Assembly: GCA_951406725.2 (NCBI GenBank)
Contig: OX597842.1
Coordinates: 17,174,001 to 17,238,000 of the forward strand
Direction of reading: 5' to 3'
Length of the DNA: 64,000 bases
Source of the DNA: Octopus vulgaris
Lineage: Eukaryota
Under the pieces are notes generated by a model. It did not search any database. It had not been told where the DNA came from and saw only the letters and a program-made list of their open reading frames with translations. Shown here one piece after another: positions 41,822 through 56,720 of the stretch. Position 1 is the stretch's first letter. Every line of letters begins with the position of its first letter. The position numbers and the translations under genes are program-made.

Positions 41822-44208
41822 CACTAGTCAAGAACAAAAGTGAACACATCCCACACAGAGTAAGAAATAAAGATCTTGACGAATTCTGTAACCACATTGA
41901 GAACTTCCCCTACCATACTATACATAAACAGAAAGCTAACCCAAATTTTAACACTACACAATGGAAAGAACTGATAGAACTCCAAAATGATGAAGATATA
42001 ACCATTAAGGAAGCGGACAAGGGAAATGCAGTTGTAATAATGGATACATCATACTACAGAAATCTTGTAATTCCCTTGCTTGATGAAGACCTACATTATG
42101 AAAAAATTACCAACTACACCCCACAAAAAATAATGAAAACTCTATCTTCACTAATTAAAACCCATGAAAAGGAACTGACAACCAAAGAGATTGATTTCCT
42201 AACAAACTTTAAATGCAAACCTAGCCTTTTCTATGGTCTGCCAAAAATTCATAAAAGTCAAATTATAAATGAAACCATTAAAAATCACCAAAGACATACA
42301 TACACACACCTAATCTGGGGGACCTAAAACTACGACCCATTGTAGCTGGCCCAACCTGTGAAACACACAGACTAAGTCTACTTATGGACATCCTCTTGAA
42401 ACCCTTCCTTAAACATATCGATAGCCATATCAGAGATGACTTAGATATGTTAAACCACCTTCCAAAAAAACAAGGAAGAAACAATCCTGGTTTCATTTGA
42501 TGTAGTCAACTTGTATACCAGTATACCTCATAATTATGGACTGGAGGCAATACAATTCTGGTTAGACCAATTTCCGGAAGAAATACCAAAAAGGATCAGT
42601 AAGGAATTCATTACTAAATCAATTGAATTCATCCTACACAATAACCACTTCATGTTTGACAATACATTTTACCGTCAAAAATCCGGAATTACTATGGGTA
42701 CAAGGGCAGCACCAGTCATTGCGAACTTAACAATGGGATACATGGAAATAATCATTTACCAGGAATCTCTATCAATCTTTGGAAACTCCCTCTCTCAATA
42801 CATAAAAGAGAATTGGAAACGATTCCTAGACGATTGTTTCATTCTCTGGAATGAAAACATAGATAAACTCCTAAAATTTAAAAACCTATTGAACAGCATA
42901 AACCCAAATATACAGTTCACAATGGAATACAACCAAAAGGAGCTCCCGTTCTTGGATATACTAATTAAAAAAATTAACCTTAAAATAGAAACAGACATTT
43001 TTTACAAAACCACAGACGCCAAACAATACCTTCTTTTAATTCATGCCACCCAAGACACACTAAAACAAACATCCCCTTCAACCTTGCAAGAAGGATATGC
43101 ACAATAGTGTCAGAACAAAATACCAGGAACTTTAGACTGCAAGAACTCAAAAACACCCTAATTGACAGACATTACCCAGCTCAACTCATAGAGGATGGGA
43201 TCAGACGTGCAACAGAAATCAACATAGAAACTTTAAGAAAAGTTCAACACAAAAACACACCTTCCCCGAAAATACTACCTTACATATCTACATACAACCC
43301 CAGAAACAAAGAAGCCTTCACCATCATCACCCAGAATTTACCAATACTTCATAAAAACCCAAAATTAAAGGAAATTCTAAACATACACCAAATCATTAAA
43401 AGCTACAAACAGCCTAAATCACTTAAAAAGATTCTCACAAAGGCAAAATTGTCTTCTAAAATTACGGATGCAAAAGTTAAAAAATGTGGTAGATCGAACT
43501 GTGCAACATGTCCTAACCTATTGGAAGGATCAGAATTCTTCTTTAAAGAGGGACAGAAATTTAAGATCAAATCTAACTTTACTTGTGCCTCTGAAAACAT
43601 AATTTATGTTATTAAATGCTCGGGCTGCCACCAAGACTACGTGGGTTCCACGGGACTATCACTCAGGCGTAGATGCACACTGCATCGACAACAGATTGCA
43701 TTCCCAGAATATAGAATGATACCTTTTAGTGAGCACATTGAGAAATGCGCAAAGCAACTACTGCCACAATTTTTAATCTTCCCATTTTACCAATGTGCTT
43801 TCGGATCATCAACACCAATGAGACTGAACAAGGAAACATTCTTCATTGAAAAGTACAAACCCAGACTCAACCATCCGAACATACTGACACAGAGAAATTA
43901 ACAAGGAAAAGGGAAAAATAATTTTAAGCGATTATCTCCCTTACACCGGAAGAAATCACTCACTACCTCCCCTTATTTAGAAATCTCCTGGAAATAAAAA
44001 CAACGATAACTCCATGCAATATAAACATAACGTCACAAGAAATTTGAAAAGCTACACGCGAAACCGGTAATTTCTTTAAAAATTTTAAAATTATGTCATT
44101 TTAAGGAAAGGAAAAAAATTTTTCCAATATTCTCCAGACATTTTGACACAAATATATATATTTTTTAACATTTAAGCCTTCTGTCGTTTTTTCACACTTT
44201 ACTATTTT

Positions 44209-44212
<4 letters not shown>
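41822..44212 (+). mobile_element. Duplicated Penelope-like copy (hammerhead variant at 44037-44076)
   Basis: Matches 31471-33865 apart from homopolymer indels. Confidence 0.9.
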
Positions 44213-44244
<32 letters not shown>

Positions 44245-45101
44245 GATAGATAGAGAGATAGATAGATAGATATAGATATATATAAGCACACACACACACA
44301 CACACACGCATATATATATTATAAATCTGAAATGCGAAAAGTTTGTTTGTTTGTTTGTCTGGTTTTGGCATTGAGAACGGGTTAAAGGCCAGTAGATTCC
44401 GTCGGATTGACTCCAAAATTTACAGGGACATGTAAAAGGTGTCGTTGCTAGGGCCAAAAACGCACTTTGACAAGTCTACTCTCATTCTTTTATGTATCTG
44501 TCTTCCTCCGTCACTCACTCTCTTTCCTCCCTTCCCATCACTTTCTATATATAACGTCATTTAACAGCGTCTAACTCCCCTTCACTTTCTCTTTATAACG
44601 TCGTCAAACAGCGTTCTATATCTCCCACTCCCCGCCTTCAACAGCGCTTTCACACACTCTCTCTCTCTCTCTACGTCTGTTTGCATTCATAGACAGAATT
44701 ATCTTCGCCACAACAACCAGACAATCATGAGAACAAATATTATGAATCAGATGTTGATTGCGTTAAATTATATATGTGTGTGTGTGTTCTATATATAAAT
44801 ATGTATATTAAACTTTTTAATACTTTTTGATAGTTATATATATATATTTTTAAATTATAAATATAAATTAATAATTTTAATTTTAAATTTAAATAATTTA
44901 AATTTCAAAATTTTTTATTTTATATATTTTGTATATTATATTTTTATTTTTATGTTTTCGTTTATGTTTTTCACTGTTTGATTTGCCTAATAGTGGTTTT
45001 ATCTCTAATTTAATTTATATATATGTATATATATATATAATTTGAATACATTCGTATATATAATGCGTACACACACACACACGCATATATATATATAATG
45101 C

Positions 45102-45151
<50 letters not shown>

Positions 45152-45313
45152 ACAATTGAGGGTAAAATTAATTAATCAATTTCACCAAGTGTTCAGTTTG
45201 TAAAAGGACCATTTAAGGCGAATTCAAAATATTACATTATATAATTAGGGCTTAGTAAAATAAATTACCAAGTTCAGTATGTGGCAAAGTAATTTATTTT
45301 ACTAAGCCCTAAT

Positions 45314-45350
<37 letters not shown>

Positions 45351-46944
45351 GTGTGCATTATGTGGTAGGTTGTGCTGAAAATATGCACACCTAAGTGCTG
45401 GCGAATTTGCATGGAAACTATTTTTTTTCCTCAAATGAAAGACGTGACTTCTAGGACAAAATTCCTCATCTTATAAAATGTGACCCGAGTAGACCTGAAT
45501 GAAATCGGGTTATATTAACCAAAATGTGAAAAGAGGTCTAAATGGGGCTTGAAGGGGATTAAAATTTACAGGAGCGGGTGTTTAGGAATTCTCTGTTAAA
45601 TGAAGCTAAAAAATTTGCGCCAGCCTTTAAATCGTCAATGTGTTGCCGTCCATGATGAAGAAGTTTTGAATGCTTGCCATGGTGAGTCCACTGTCGTGAG
45701 AAAGAATCACTTCAAAGCTTGATGTTTAGGAATTTTCTTTTACATCAAGTTCAAAATTTTACGCCAGCCGTTAAACTGCCACTATGTTACTGTCCGTCGT
45801 TAAGAAATACCAGCCATGGTGACTCTACTAACCTCACATTCTATCCTTTCAAACTTTGATTTCCAATTTTTTTTATTTTTATTCAGCTCGCAAGTTCGTC
45901 TGTCCCTTTTAAATGCTAGTGTTTTGCTTTCTGCCTTGAAGCAGATCTTTCCGTTGTCACTGCCTGATATTTATGATTGATCTTTCAAACTACTTTCTTT
46001 CTCAATTTACTCAAATTTGTTGTTTATAAATGGGAGAGAGATAGATAGATAAAGATAGAGAATAAGAGAAAGCGAGGGAGAGTCCGAGAGAAAGGAAGAG
46101 TAAGAGAGTGGGAAAGGGAGAGAGAAAGGAGAGAGAAACAAAGAGGGAGAATCATCATCATCATCATCATCGTTTAACGGCCGTTTTCCGTGCTAGCGCG
46201 GGTTGGACGGTTTGACCGGTGTCTGGGAAGCCAGGAGGCTGCACCAGGCTCCAGTCTGATCTGGCAGTGTTTCTACAGCTGGATGCCCTTCCTAACGCCA
46301 ACCACTCCGTGATTTTAATGGGTGCTTTTTTCGTGCCACCAGCACAGGTGCCACGGAGGGAGGGGCACTGGCACCGGCCACGATCGGTTGGTGCTTTTTA
46401 AGTGCCACCGGCACAGAAGCCAGTCAAGGCGGTGCTACCATCGGCCACGTTCGGATGGTGCTTTTTTACGTGCCGAAAGGATGCAACAGAAAATAACAAC
46501 CACACTCTTACCCGCGCGTAGAGCGGGTCACCTAAAGCTAGTATATATATATAGCCAACATTTGTTTTTGCTATGTCTAAGTTCCTGTAACATAGCAGTT
46601 CGGCAAATAGGTCGGAAGGAATAAGTGGCATTCTCGAGAATGAGAAATACTGGAGTCGGTCTGTTGGACTAATCACATCACTGTGGTGCTCCAGCGTGGC
46701 CGTAGTTCAATGACTGAAAGAAGTAAGCAATGATCAATAAAATATATTTAGTAAATACAATAATGAAGTGGTTTAAGGTATGTGTCCAGGGAGGTAACTC
46801 TCAATATAAGACAATATATATTTGAGAGTAGCTTCCCTTAAGAAAGGCGACGACGAGCGATCAATAATTTTAGAATGTGTGCGTGTGTCTATGTAAGTAT
46901 GTATGTATGTATGTATGTGTGTATGTATGTATGTATATATGTAT

Positions 46945-49900
46945 GTGAGGCAGGCAATGTTTAGGGCTAGAAAAGGTTGCCCTAAACATAGCCTGCCTCA
47001 CCTCACCCTGGTCAACAAACCGCGGCTGGCGGGGATTTTTTCCAAGTGGTCGAAACAAAGAAAGAAGAAAACAAACAAAGGTGCTCACTTTCACAACTTG
47101 GAACGTGAGAACTCTGCTTGACAACACCAAAGCGGACAGACCAGAGAGACGAACTGCCCTGGTGGCCAGAGAACTGAGCCGATACAATGTCGATATTGCA
47201 GCACTGAGCGAGACCCGCCTTGCGGACAAAGGCCAGCTGACAGAGAAAGGCGGCGGCTACACTTTCTTTTGGAGTGGTCGCAGCAGCGAAGAGCGTCGTG
47301 AGGCTGGTGTTGGTTTTGCCATCAAGTCAGTACACGTGCTGAAACTGGAAAGCCCCCCCCCGAGGGTATCAACGATCGGTTGATGAAGATGCAGCTCCCA
47401 CTTGGAAACAAGACTAGTGCGACCATCATCAGTGCTTACGCCCCCACCATGAGCAACCCTGAAGAAGTTAAGGACAGGTTCTATGAGGAACTCGACTCCC
47501 TCACCACGTCAGCCCAGCCTGGGAAGCTCATCCTCCGTGGGGATTTTAACGCCCGTGTCGGGACTGACCACCAAACCTGGCATCGCGTACTGGGAAAGCA
47601 AGGAATCAGAAAGTGCAACAACGGGCAGCTCCTCCTGCGTGCGTGTGCCTCTCATGATCTTACCATCGCCAACACCTTGTTCCGTCTGCCAACACGCAAC
47701 AAGGCATCATGGATGCATCCACGCTCCAAACACTGGCATCTGATAGATTACGTCATCGTCAGGGTGAAAGACAGGCGGGACGTGAGACTGGTCAAAGCCA
47801 TGTGCGGAGCTGATTGCTGGACGGACCATCGCCTCATCATCTCCAGGATGGATTTCTACATCCGACCTAAGAGAAGACCACAGGGTCAGAAAGTGACGAG
47901 GAAGATTAACATCACGAAATTAAAGAACCAGCTGACTGCACAAGATCTCCAGTCACGTATGGACAGCAAGCTGTTGGACATTCGGAATGACCAGTCCAGC
48001 ATCGATGAGCAGTGGGAATCATTCAGGGACACGGTTCATTCCATCGCCCTTGAAACTCTGGGCCAAGTTACGAGGAACCACCAGGACTGGTTCGACGAAA
48101 ACGACCAGGAAATCCAAAAGCTCCTGGAAGAGAAACGCCGTCTGCTGCGGGCTCACCAAAATGACACCACCTGCACGGCAAAGAAGGCTGCTTTCAACAA
48201 CATTCGCAGCACAGTCCAGGCAAAACTCCGCCTCATGCAAGACGCATGGTTAAGCGCCAAGGCGGATGAGGTTCAGGGATACGCAGACAAACACGACACC
48301 AAGAAATTCTACGAGGCGCTGAAAGCTGTCTATGGACCGCAGTTCTCCTATGGATCAACCCCCCTGCTCAGCACGGATGGAACCTCACTCCTGACTAACA
48401 AGAAGCTGATCCTGGAGAGATGGGCGGAGCATTTCAACATCGTGCTCAACCGACCAGCCTAGATCAACGAGGAAGCCATCGCACGACACCCCCAGGTGCC
48501 GACAAACAACGGGCTGGCTTTTCCCCCTGCAGTCGAGGAAGTGAGCAGAGCCATCAAAAAAATGTCCACCGGCAAAGCTCCAGGCTCTGACGCCATCCCT
48601 GCAGAGGTGTTCAAGTCGGGCGGCCCCACCATGATCAGTCAGCTCACCAGCCTGTTCCAGTCGATGTGGGACAGGGAACAACTCCCTCAAGATTTCCGGG
48701 ACGCAACAATCGTCCACATTTATAAGCGGAAAGGAGACCGGCGGTCCTGCGACAACCACCGAGGAATCTCCCTCTTGTCCATAGCAGGCAAGATCCTGGC
48801 CCGAGTCCTGCTTGACCGCCTTCTGGAACACTTGGAGCAAGGCCTTCTCCCTGAGAGCTAGTGTGGCTTCCGCGCGGGTCGAGGGACCACTGACATGATA
48901 TTCGCCGCCCGCCAGCTCCAGGAGAAATGCATGGAGCAGCACCTTGACCTCTGCATGACCTTTGTTGACCTCACCAAGGCTTTTGATACAGTCAGTCGGG
49001 AGGGACTATGGAAGGTCATGGGAAAATTTGGTTGTCCCAGCAAATTTATTGCAATTGTCCGCCAGTTCCACGACGGAATGACAGCCAGAGTCCTTGAAGA
49101 CGGCAACTCATCTGAAGCCTTCCAGGTGACCAACGGAGTCAGGCAGGGCTGTGTCCTGGCCCCAACACTGTTCAGCATCATGTTCTCGGCAATGCTGTCC
49201 GACGCCTTTAGGGACTGCAAGTCCGGTATCGACATCAAGTACAGGACAGACGGGAAACTTTTCAACTCCAGAAGATTGCAGGCTGTCACAAAGGTGAGGG
49301 AGACAGTCGTCAGAGACTTTCTCTTTGCTGACGATTGTGCCCTTAATGCAATCGATGAGCAGGAGATGCAGCTCGAGATGGACAGGTTCTCATCAGCCTG
49401 TGACAACTTCGGTCTCACCATCAGTGCCAAGAAAACCGAAGTGATGTTTCAGCCAGCCCCCGGCAAACAATACCATGAGCCTCAGAAAAAGGTGAACGGA
49501 CGGATCCTACGAGCGGTGCAAAACTTCACCTACCTGGGCAGCACTCTCTCCTGCAATGCCAACATAGATGCTGAAACCATCAACAGAATCTCCAAGGCAA
49601 GCAGCGCGTTTGGGAGACTGCGAAAGAAAGTCTGGGAGCGGAGAGGAATCAGCCTCAACACCAAGCTGAAAGTCTACCGGGCAGTCGTGCTTACCACCCT
49701 ACTATATGGCTGCGAGACGTGGACTGCTTACCGAAGGCATGAGCGCCAGATAAACCACTTCCACCTCAGGTGTCTTCGGAACCTCCTTCACATCCGCTGG
49801 CAGGACAAAGTCCCAGACACGGAAGTTCTGAAGCAGGCAGATCTCCCTAGCACCATCACAATCATGCGCAAGGCCTAGCTGAGATTGGCGGGCCACGTCT

Positions 49901-50318
49901 CCCGCATGTCCGACACTCGCATCCCAAAACAGCTCTTCTACAGTGAACTCAGCCAGGTCAAACGCAAAGTCGGAGGGCAGAAGAAGCGCTTCAAGGACAG
50001 TCTCAAGGTCTCTCTCAAAGACTTCTCCATCGGCACAGAGACTTGGGAGACACTTGCTGCCGACCGCTCATCCTGGCGCAACGCAATCACCACAGGAGCA
50101 GGGACAGCCGAGGAAGGACGGATTCGGTCAGCAGAGCAGAAACGCCAGATGCGGAAAGCCAGAGCCGCCTGCACCAGTAGCACGGCCCCTACCCACTTCT
50201 GCCCCACCTGTGGGAGGGGCTTCCTTGCCCGGATTGGCCTCACCAGCCACCTCCGGTCTCATAGCGGCAGTTCCACCAGATGATGTCAGTGGTCATCTTC
50301 GAACCCGACGGACGAACA
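46945..50318 (+). mobile_element. Duplicated RTE LINE
   Basis: Same three stops as 36601-39982. Confidence 0.93.
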
Positions 50319-50319
50319 T

Positions 50320-50398
<79 letters not shown>

Positions 50399-50810
50399 AA
50401 CATTTGTTTTTGCTATGACTAAGTTCCTGTAACATAGCAGTTCGGCGGAATAAGTGGTATTCTCGAGAAAGAGAAATACTGGTGTCGGTCTGTTGGACTA
50501 ATCACGTCACTGTGGTGCTCCAGCGTGGCCGTAGTTCAATGACTGAAAGAAATAAGCAATGATCAATAAAATCTATTTAGTAAATACAATAATGAAGTGG
50601 TTTAAGGTATGTGTCCTGGGAGATAATTCTTAAGATAAGAAAATATATATTTGAGAGTAGCTTCCCTTAAAAAGGCAAATAAAAGTGATCAATAATCTTA
50701 GAATATGTGTGTTTATGTATGTATGTATGTATCTATGTATGTATGTATGTATGTATGTATGTATGTATGTATGTGTGTATGAATGTATGAATGTATGTTT
50801 GTATGTATGA

Positions 50811-50841
<31 letters not shown>

Positions 50842-50999
50842 AATGTACGTATGTATGTATGTATGTATGTATGTATGTATGTATGTATGTGTGTGTGTAT
50901 GTATGTATGTATGTATTAATGTGTGTATGTATGTATGTATGTATGTATGCATGTATGTATGTATGTAGGTAGGTACATGCACATCCCTATACCGTGCAT

Positions 51000-51640
51000 G
51001 TATACTAACATCGCTCCTTTACTCATGTGAGACATGGAACCTTTATAAACGTCATGTAAGGGTTCTTGAACGCTTTCATCAGAGATGTCTGAGACACATT
51101 CTGAATGTTGGCTGGACTTTAAATACTGCAGGCACACAGATCTTGAGGAAAGCTGATGTCCTGGGGATTGAGGCGACGATGTATAAGCCCTGGTTACGTT
51201 GGTCTGGAAAACTTATTAGAATGAAGGATAGCAGGATCCCTAAACAGATGCTATACGGGGAATTTGTGAGCGGAAAAAGGCTGTGATTTAAGGATTGTGT
51301 CAAGTCCTCATTAAAGGCTTGTGATATGCAGGAGACAGTCTGGGAGAGCAATGCCTGTCATTGCCACAGATGGAAGTGGGTTAAGGAAGGGGTCGACACC
51401 TTTGAGAGAGCAGGTATTCAGCATGAAGGACTTGAGCGTGCTGCTCGAAAACGCATGGCTGGTGTACTGAATTGGGAAAGCTTGGTTTGAAATATTTTGC
51501 AGTCGTGAATGAATGTCAAGAGCAGAACTCATTAGTCACCAACGGAGCTGCAAATGCAAAATATAAGTTAGACCTAGAGTGCATAATGTTCCTGAAGGTC
51601 AGCAATGGTCTTCCTCGGTCACGAGTGGACGGCCATCTTG
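51000..51640 (+). mobile_element. Old RTE 3' fragment
   Basis: LRWSGKLIRMKDSRIPKQMLYGEF. Confidence 0.65.
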
Positions 51641-51918
51641 TATCACCATGTCTATACACACACATGTATATAAATGAATATATATATGTATATATATATA
51701 ACTGTATATATGTATATATGAATATAAGTATATATATACATATATGTATATAAATGTATATATATGTATATAAATGTATATTATATATGTGTGTATATAT
51801 ATGTATAAATATGTATATACATATATACATGTATATATATGTATATAAATGTTCATATATATATACGTATATAGATGTGTATATATATATATGTGGGTAG
51901 GTGTATATATGTATATAA

Positions 51919-52060
<142 letters not shown>

Positions 52061-52107
52061 GTTTGGATATATGTATTTATGTATATATACTTGAATATTT
52101 TTCAGGA

Positions 52108-52438
52108 ATGGAGACAACAATTCAGTACCATTCGATTCTTCTTCTTCTGCCAGCTTTGACACTTTTGCTTTTCATGACTCTTGTAACTGCCGGAGAACCA
52201 ACGAATAGAGATGGTCACTTCGAAAAAACCACAACATCAAAATGCTTAATTGATCAGAATAAAACTACAAAAACCGAATCATCTCGTTTAGAATGTGCAA
52301 GTCTGTGCTTTTCACGCGATGAGTGCCAATATTTTAGCTATTGTAATGGCTCGTGTTATATGCATCGATCGCTTTACAACGAAGAAATTAAAGATCAGGA
52401 TTGCACATGTTTATCGTATATTTTACTCTCCGGAAACA
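52108..52438 (+). CDS. Gene B coding exon 1: signal peptide + PAN/Apple-like cysteine module
   Basis: Acceptor tttttcAG at 52104-52105, ATG at 52108. Hydrophobic [20 protein letters not shown], then [34 protein letters not shown]. Donor A|GTatgt (phase 1). Confidence 0.85.
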
Positions 52439-52523
52439 GTATGTAAATCACAATTTTCTGGCATATTTTTTCTAATTTCTGTATTATATTTTCACCATTA
52501 TCCCAATTGTTTTACAACCGAAT

Positions 52524-52555
<32 letters not shown>

Positions 52556-52596
52556 GCACACACACACATTTATGTATGTATTCTATCACTCTATTA

Positions 52597-52798
52597 TTTG
52601 TTTCAGTCATTTGACTGTGGCATGCTGGAGCACCGCCTTTAGTCGAGCAAGTCGATCCCATAACTTATTCTTTGTAAGCCTAGTACTTATTCTATCGGTC
52701 TCTTTTGCCGAACTCCTAAGTTACGGGAACGTAAAATACACCAGCATCAATTGTCGAGTGATGTTAGTGGCACAAACACACACACACACACACACACT

Positions 52799-52842
<44 letters not shown>

Positions 52843-53000
52843 CGACGGGCTTCTTTCAGTTTCCATCCACCAAATACACAAACAAGGCTTTGGTCGACAC
52901 GAGGTTATAGTAGAAAACACTTGCCCAAGGTGCACGCAGTGTGACTGAACCTGGAACCATGTGGCTGGTAAGCAAGCTACTTACCACACAGCCACTCCTT
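52597..53000 (-). mobile_element. SINE family 2 copy
   Basis: Reverse of 24046-24460. Confidence 0.8.
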
Positions 53001-53199
53001 CGGCTCTATATGTATGTATGTAAGTATATCATTATTCAGTTTATTTCATGATTTCTTGCCAATAGAGAACGAACCGGTTTCTATCCTTAATCCAGGCACT
53101 TTCACTGGAATTGCAACATCAACAACAGGGTATTTTTGTTTGTAAGTGTATGTATGTTATGTATATATGTATCTATTCGCAGATTTGTATGTTTTATGT

Positions 53200-54360
53200 A
53201 TGTATGCTCGCAAAGAAATGAACAAGGGACACCAATCAATGCAAACTAACAAACTGTCCCATCCGTGACATAGATTCATGTCAACGGGTAAATGTTGTGT
53301 ATAGAATACAATGTAACAAATGCAATAAGTTCTATGTGGGTAGCACAACAAAACCGTTACACGTCTGCATCAAAGAACATCTGAACACGATAGCCTCCTC
53401 CTTCAGAAAAGATGCCGGAACACCGACAAAAGCGTAACAGTCACAATTGAGCCAGTGAAAGAAATGTGGGTAATTTAAGAATTAAGGAAGCTATACTCAT
53501 ACGTAGACTCATAAACGAGACATTGCCGACCTCACGCACTTAGTGCTCTCATAATCAGTATATTCAAGAAAGGAGATAGAAAATCTTATGGAAACCATCG
53601 TGTAATCTCGCTACTTATTATTTTAGGAAAGATCTTTGCTCCAATACCCTTGAACGACCTCCACGTCATCCCAGAAAGAATCCTTCCAGAATCCCAGTGT
53701 GTTTTCCGAGAATTACTTGGAACCATAGACACGATCTGCGCCAGACAATTCCAAAACAAGTATCGAGAACAACAAAACCGTATTTTCCTTATCTTTTATG
53801 ATCTGCAAAATGTTTTTGATAGAGTACCAAGACCAGCCATATGGACGGCCCTTGATTATTTCTTCTCCCTGATCATACGATGGTATGACTGGGCGTTTCC
53901 TTCCTCGTGATGGACTCTCAGAAGAATTCCCAATTACATCTAGATTGAAACAAGTTTGCGTACCCGCTACTATGCTTTTCTCCTTATACCTTGCTGCAAT
54001 GATCTATGAACTTCCCTCGGATCAGCTGGGAAAGGACATCAGATATCGTTTTGATGAAAGACTCTTCAGCCTGGCAACGTGTCACACGGTCACTCAAGCT
54101 TAGAACCGCAAAAAGCTATCATTGCGTATCAACGTTTTGAGCTCACTGTAAATTCTAAGAAATCTCAGTTCTTCGCCTAATCAATCCCGAATTCTGCCCT
54201 TCTGGACTTTAACATCATAATTTCGGGAACACCACTGGAACGAGTTAATCACTTTGCATGCCTTAGAAGTGTGCTTTCCAACAAACACAATCTTCAGCAG
54301 GATGTGGAACGAGGAATCGGATCGGTTCACTCAGCTTTCTTTGAAATAAATAAATGTCTT
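53200..54360 (+). mobile_element. Degenerate GIY-YIG (Penelope) remnant followed by a degenerate RTE RT fragment
   Basis: NVVYRIQCNKCNKFYVG*; IFKKGDRKSYGNHR.ISLL..ILPESQC. Confidence 0.65.
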
Positions 54361-54844
54361 TCCTGAAAAATCCGGGACACTTCTGGAATGCACCTCCTTT
54401 TTCTTTAAAATCTTATTGGTGTCACAAAAAGTTTACACAGATATGACCGTCATCAGTTGAGGCCCGAGCGTTTGCTAAATTAAATGCGCCTAAGCGTAAG
54501 CGGCCCTTATCAATGGGAGAAATCAAGTCGTAAATAGATGATTTAAACAGCGATGAAGAAGTGTTTTTCTGATTTTCTTTCATCATCAAATTAAGCAGAT
54601 GATGTAGAAAATGATGTTTTAGATAATACAGAAAAAAATAATGCTTCAACTAGCTCTGGATAGAAAAAGTGCACCGATTCTTCTCCATTTGTTTAAGACA
54701 AACAATTATTTTAGTTTTTGTGCTTAATTTAATGAAAATAAATATAAAAATTAGCCTTATGAAAAAGAGATTGCCCGTTTGTCACACACATTCATGCTAC
54801 CCTTTCCCGCCATCTAAGGGTTAACATCTTTTTTGTATACTTAG

Positions 54845-54936
54845 GTAAAAGCTGGCAGAAAGTATTTGAGATGACCCCAAACTCATTTAAGAAAAGCCCT
54901 ATTTATTTGTACTGGGAAGACATGCCTATTGAAAAG
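54845..54936 (+). CDS. Gene B coding exon 2
   Basis: ttttttgtatacttAG|GT...AAG|GTaatg; 92 nt, phase 1 to 0, joins both neighbours in frame. Translates (S)KSWQKVFEMTPNSFKKSPIYLYWEDMPIEK. Confidence 0.78.
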
Positions 54937-55299
54937 GTAATGAATTTTTAGAATTTCGAGATGATTCTCATTGAATAACCAATCTACATATTTGTTGCTG
55001 TTTTACAATAATTACTAGTGTTTTCTTTTAAATGTTTAATTTCAGTTTCTGATGTTTGTTTTATTTTTAAAATCTATCTTTTTTTGTTAGCAAGTTTCTT
55101 TGGCGGGGTTTCACGATAGAACTAGATCCAGACTAATTTTCCTTCTAAATTTCAATGGAATATTGTGCAGCGTTTTCATTTTGTGGCAAGAGTGTTGCTA
55201 TAAAATATACACGATTCATAGAAACCTATTCCTCTCGTATTTATTTCTCCTTTTTTTTCTGTTTCACTAGCGAGATTGGGGACTAAGGTCCGGCCTTTT

Positions 55300-56110
55300 A
55301 TTTATATTTTCATCATTTTCGCCGGGTATCTGATTAAGGACACTGATATTTGCTTTAATAAGGGTTTTGGAATTCACCTTTGACTGCAATGATATTCTTA
55401 CTCTCCTTGTGTACTCCCAATTGGTCGTTTGTTTCATTCATTTTTTATTTCGTCTGCTTTCAGTATTCCCAACTACTTTTACCACCGTCCTTTCTCAACT
55501 GCTCCCATTGTTTACCCATTTGGCATTTCAATTCCCTGGCTTCTTTCAAATGTTCCTCTTTTTATTTTCAATATAGCGCACTTTTCTATCCCAAATTCCA
55601 TAGCAACGTCATTTGAGAAAATGCCGATAATATTTACAAGTTTTTCAAACTGTTTCTCATTTTTCGCATAAACTTTTGTATCGTCCCTGAAAAGGAGATG
55701 ATTTATCTGACCATTTCCTTTAACCAAATCGTAAGCAATTTTCACTTTTCATGGCCAATTCGAATAGTAACGGAGATAAGCTATCACCTTGAAATATTCC
55801 ACGTCTGATGTTCACTTTTCCGGGTTTTTGTTTTTCTCCGATCATTTCAGTATTCCAATGTTCCATACTTTCATTTAGCATTTTCTCCATGCTTTTTTTT
55901 TTTTTGCTATTTCAAACCTGCTCCTTGTTTTACTTATCTAACTGTGTGGTACCATGTCATACGCTTTTTTCTAATCTAACCATGCTACATTCACTCCTGC
56001 CAATCATCTACCTCTGCAATTTCTAATTATCATTTTATCATCTTATCGGTGATCTTTCGTTGCCCTACTTTGGTTCCTGCATCCTTTCTGTTCTTTAGGT
56101 AATAGATTGT
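55300..56110 (-). mobile_element. Degenerate R4/Dong-clade RT fragment
   Basis: EQKGCR, KAYDMVPHS, RRGIFQGDSLSPLLF, INHLLFRDD..MEFGIEKCA. Confidence 0.8.
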
Positions 56111-56235
56111 TACTTACCTGATGTTTGCAAGTTCCCTTTCAAGGGGTCCTTGACGCATTAGCAGCGTTCGCTCGCTTGTCATCCATGCAGGGGCGTGACC
56201 TTGCAGCAGGCAGTCATCCTGTTGCACAGCGATCC

Positions 56236-56322
56236 TCTCTTCTTCTTCTTCTTCTTCTTCTTCTTCTTCTTCTTCTTCTTCTTCTTCTTCTTCTGCTTTT
56301 CTTCTTCTTCTTCTTCTTCCAA

Positions 56323-56354
<32 letters not shown>

Positions 56355-56640
56355 CTTCTTCTTCTTCTTCTTCTTCCAATACTTCTTCTTCCTCTTCTTC
56401 TTCTTTTGCTTTTTCTCCTTCCAATTCTTCTTCTTCTTCTGCTTCTTCTTCTTCCAATTCTTCTTCTTCTTCTTCTTCTTCTTCCAATTCTTCTTCTTCT
56501 TCTTCTTCTTCTTCCAATTCTTCTTCTTCTTCTTCTTCTTCTTCTTCTTCTTCTTCTTCCAATTCTTCTTCTCCTTCCTCTTCTTTTTCTTCTTCTGCTT
56601 CTTCTTCTTGTTCTTCTTCTTATTCTTATTCTTCTTCCCC

Positions 56641-56714
<74 letters not shown>

Positions 56715-56720
56715 GTTATT
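56236..56720. repeat. (CTT)n with periodic CCAATT/CCAATA interruptions, then (ATT)n
   Basis: Directly visible. Confidence 0.95.

Larger units (their letters stand above)
31471..51108 (+). repeat. Near-identical tandem duplication: unit 1 31471-40770, internally deleted unit 40771-41821, unit 3 41822-51108
   Basis: Junction ttctgaatgt|cactagtcaag at 40770 and 41821; copies differ almost only in homopolymer and microsatellite length. Confidence 0.92.

Noticed and set aside
52063-52107. ORF-track N-terminal extension of gene B exon 1
   Set aside because: Derived from the TA tract and polypyrimidine tract upstream of the AG acceptor; ATG 52108 gives a clean signal peptide.
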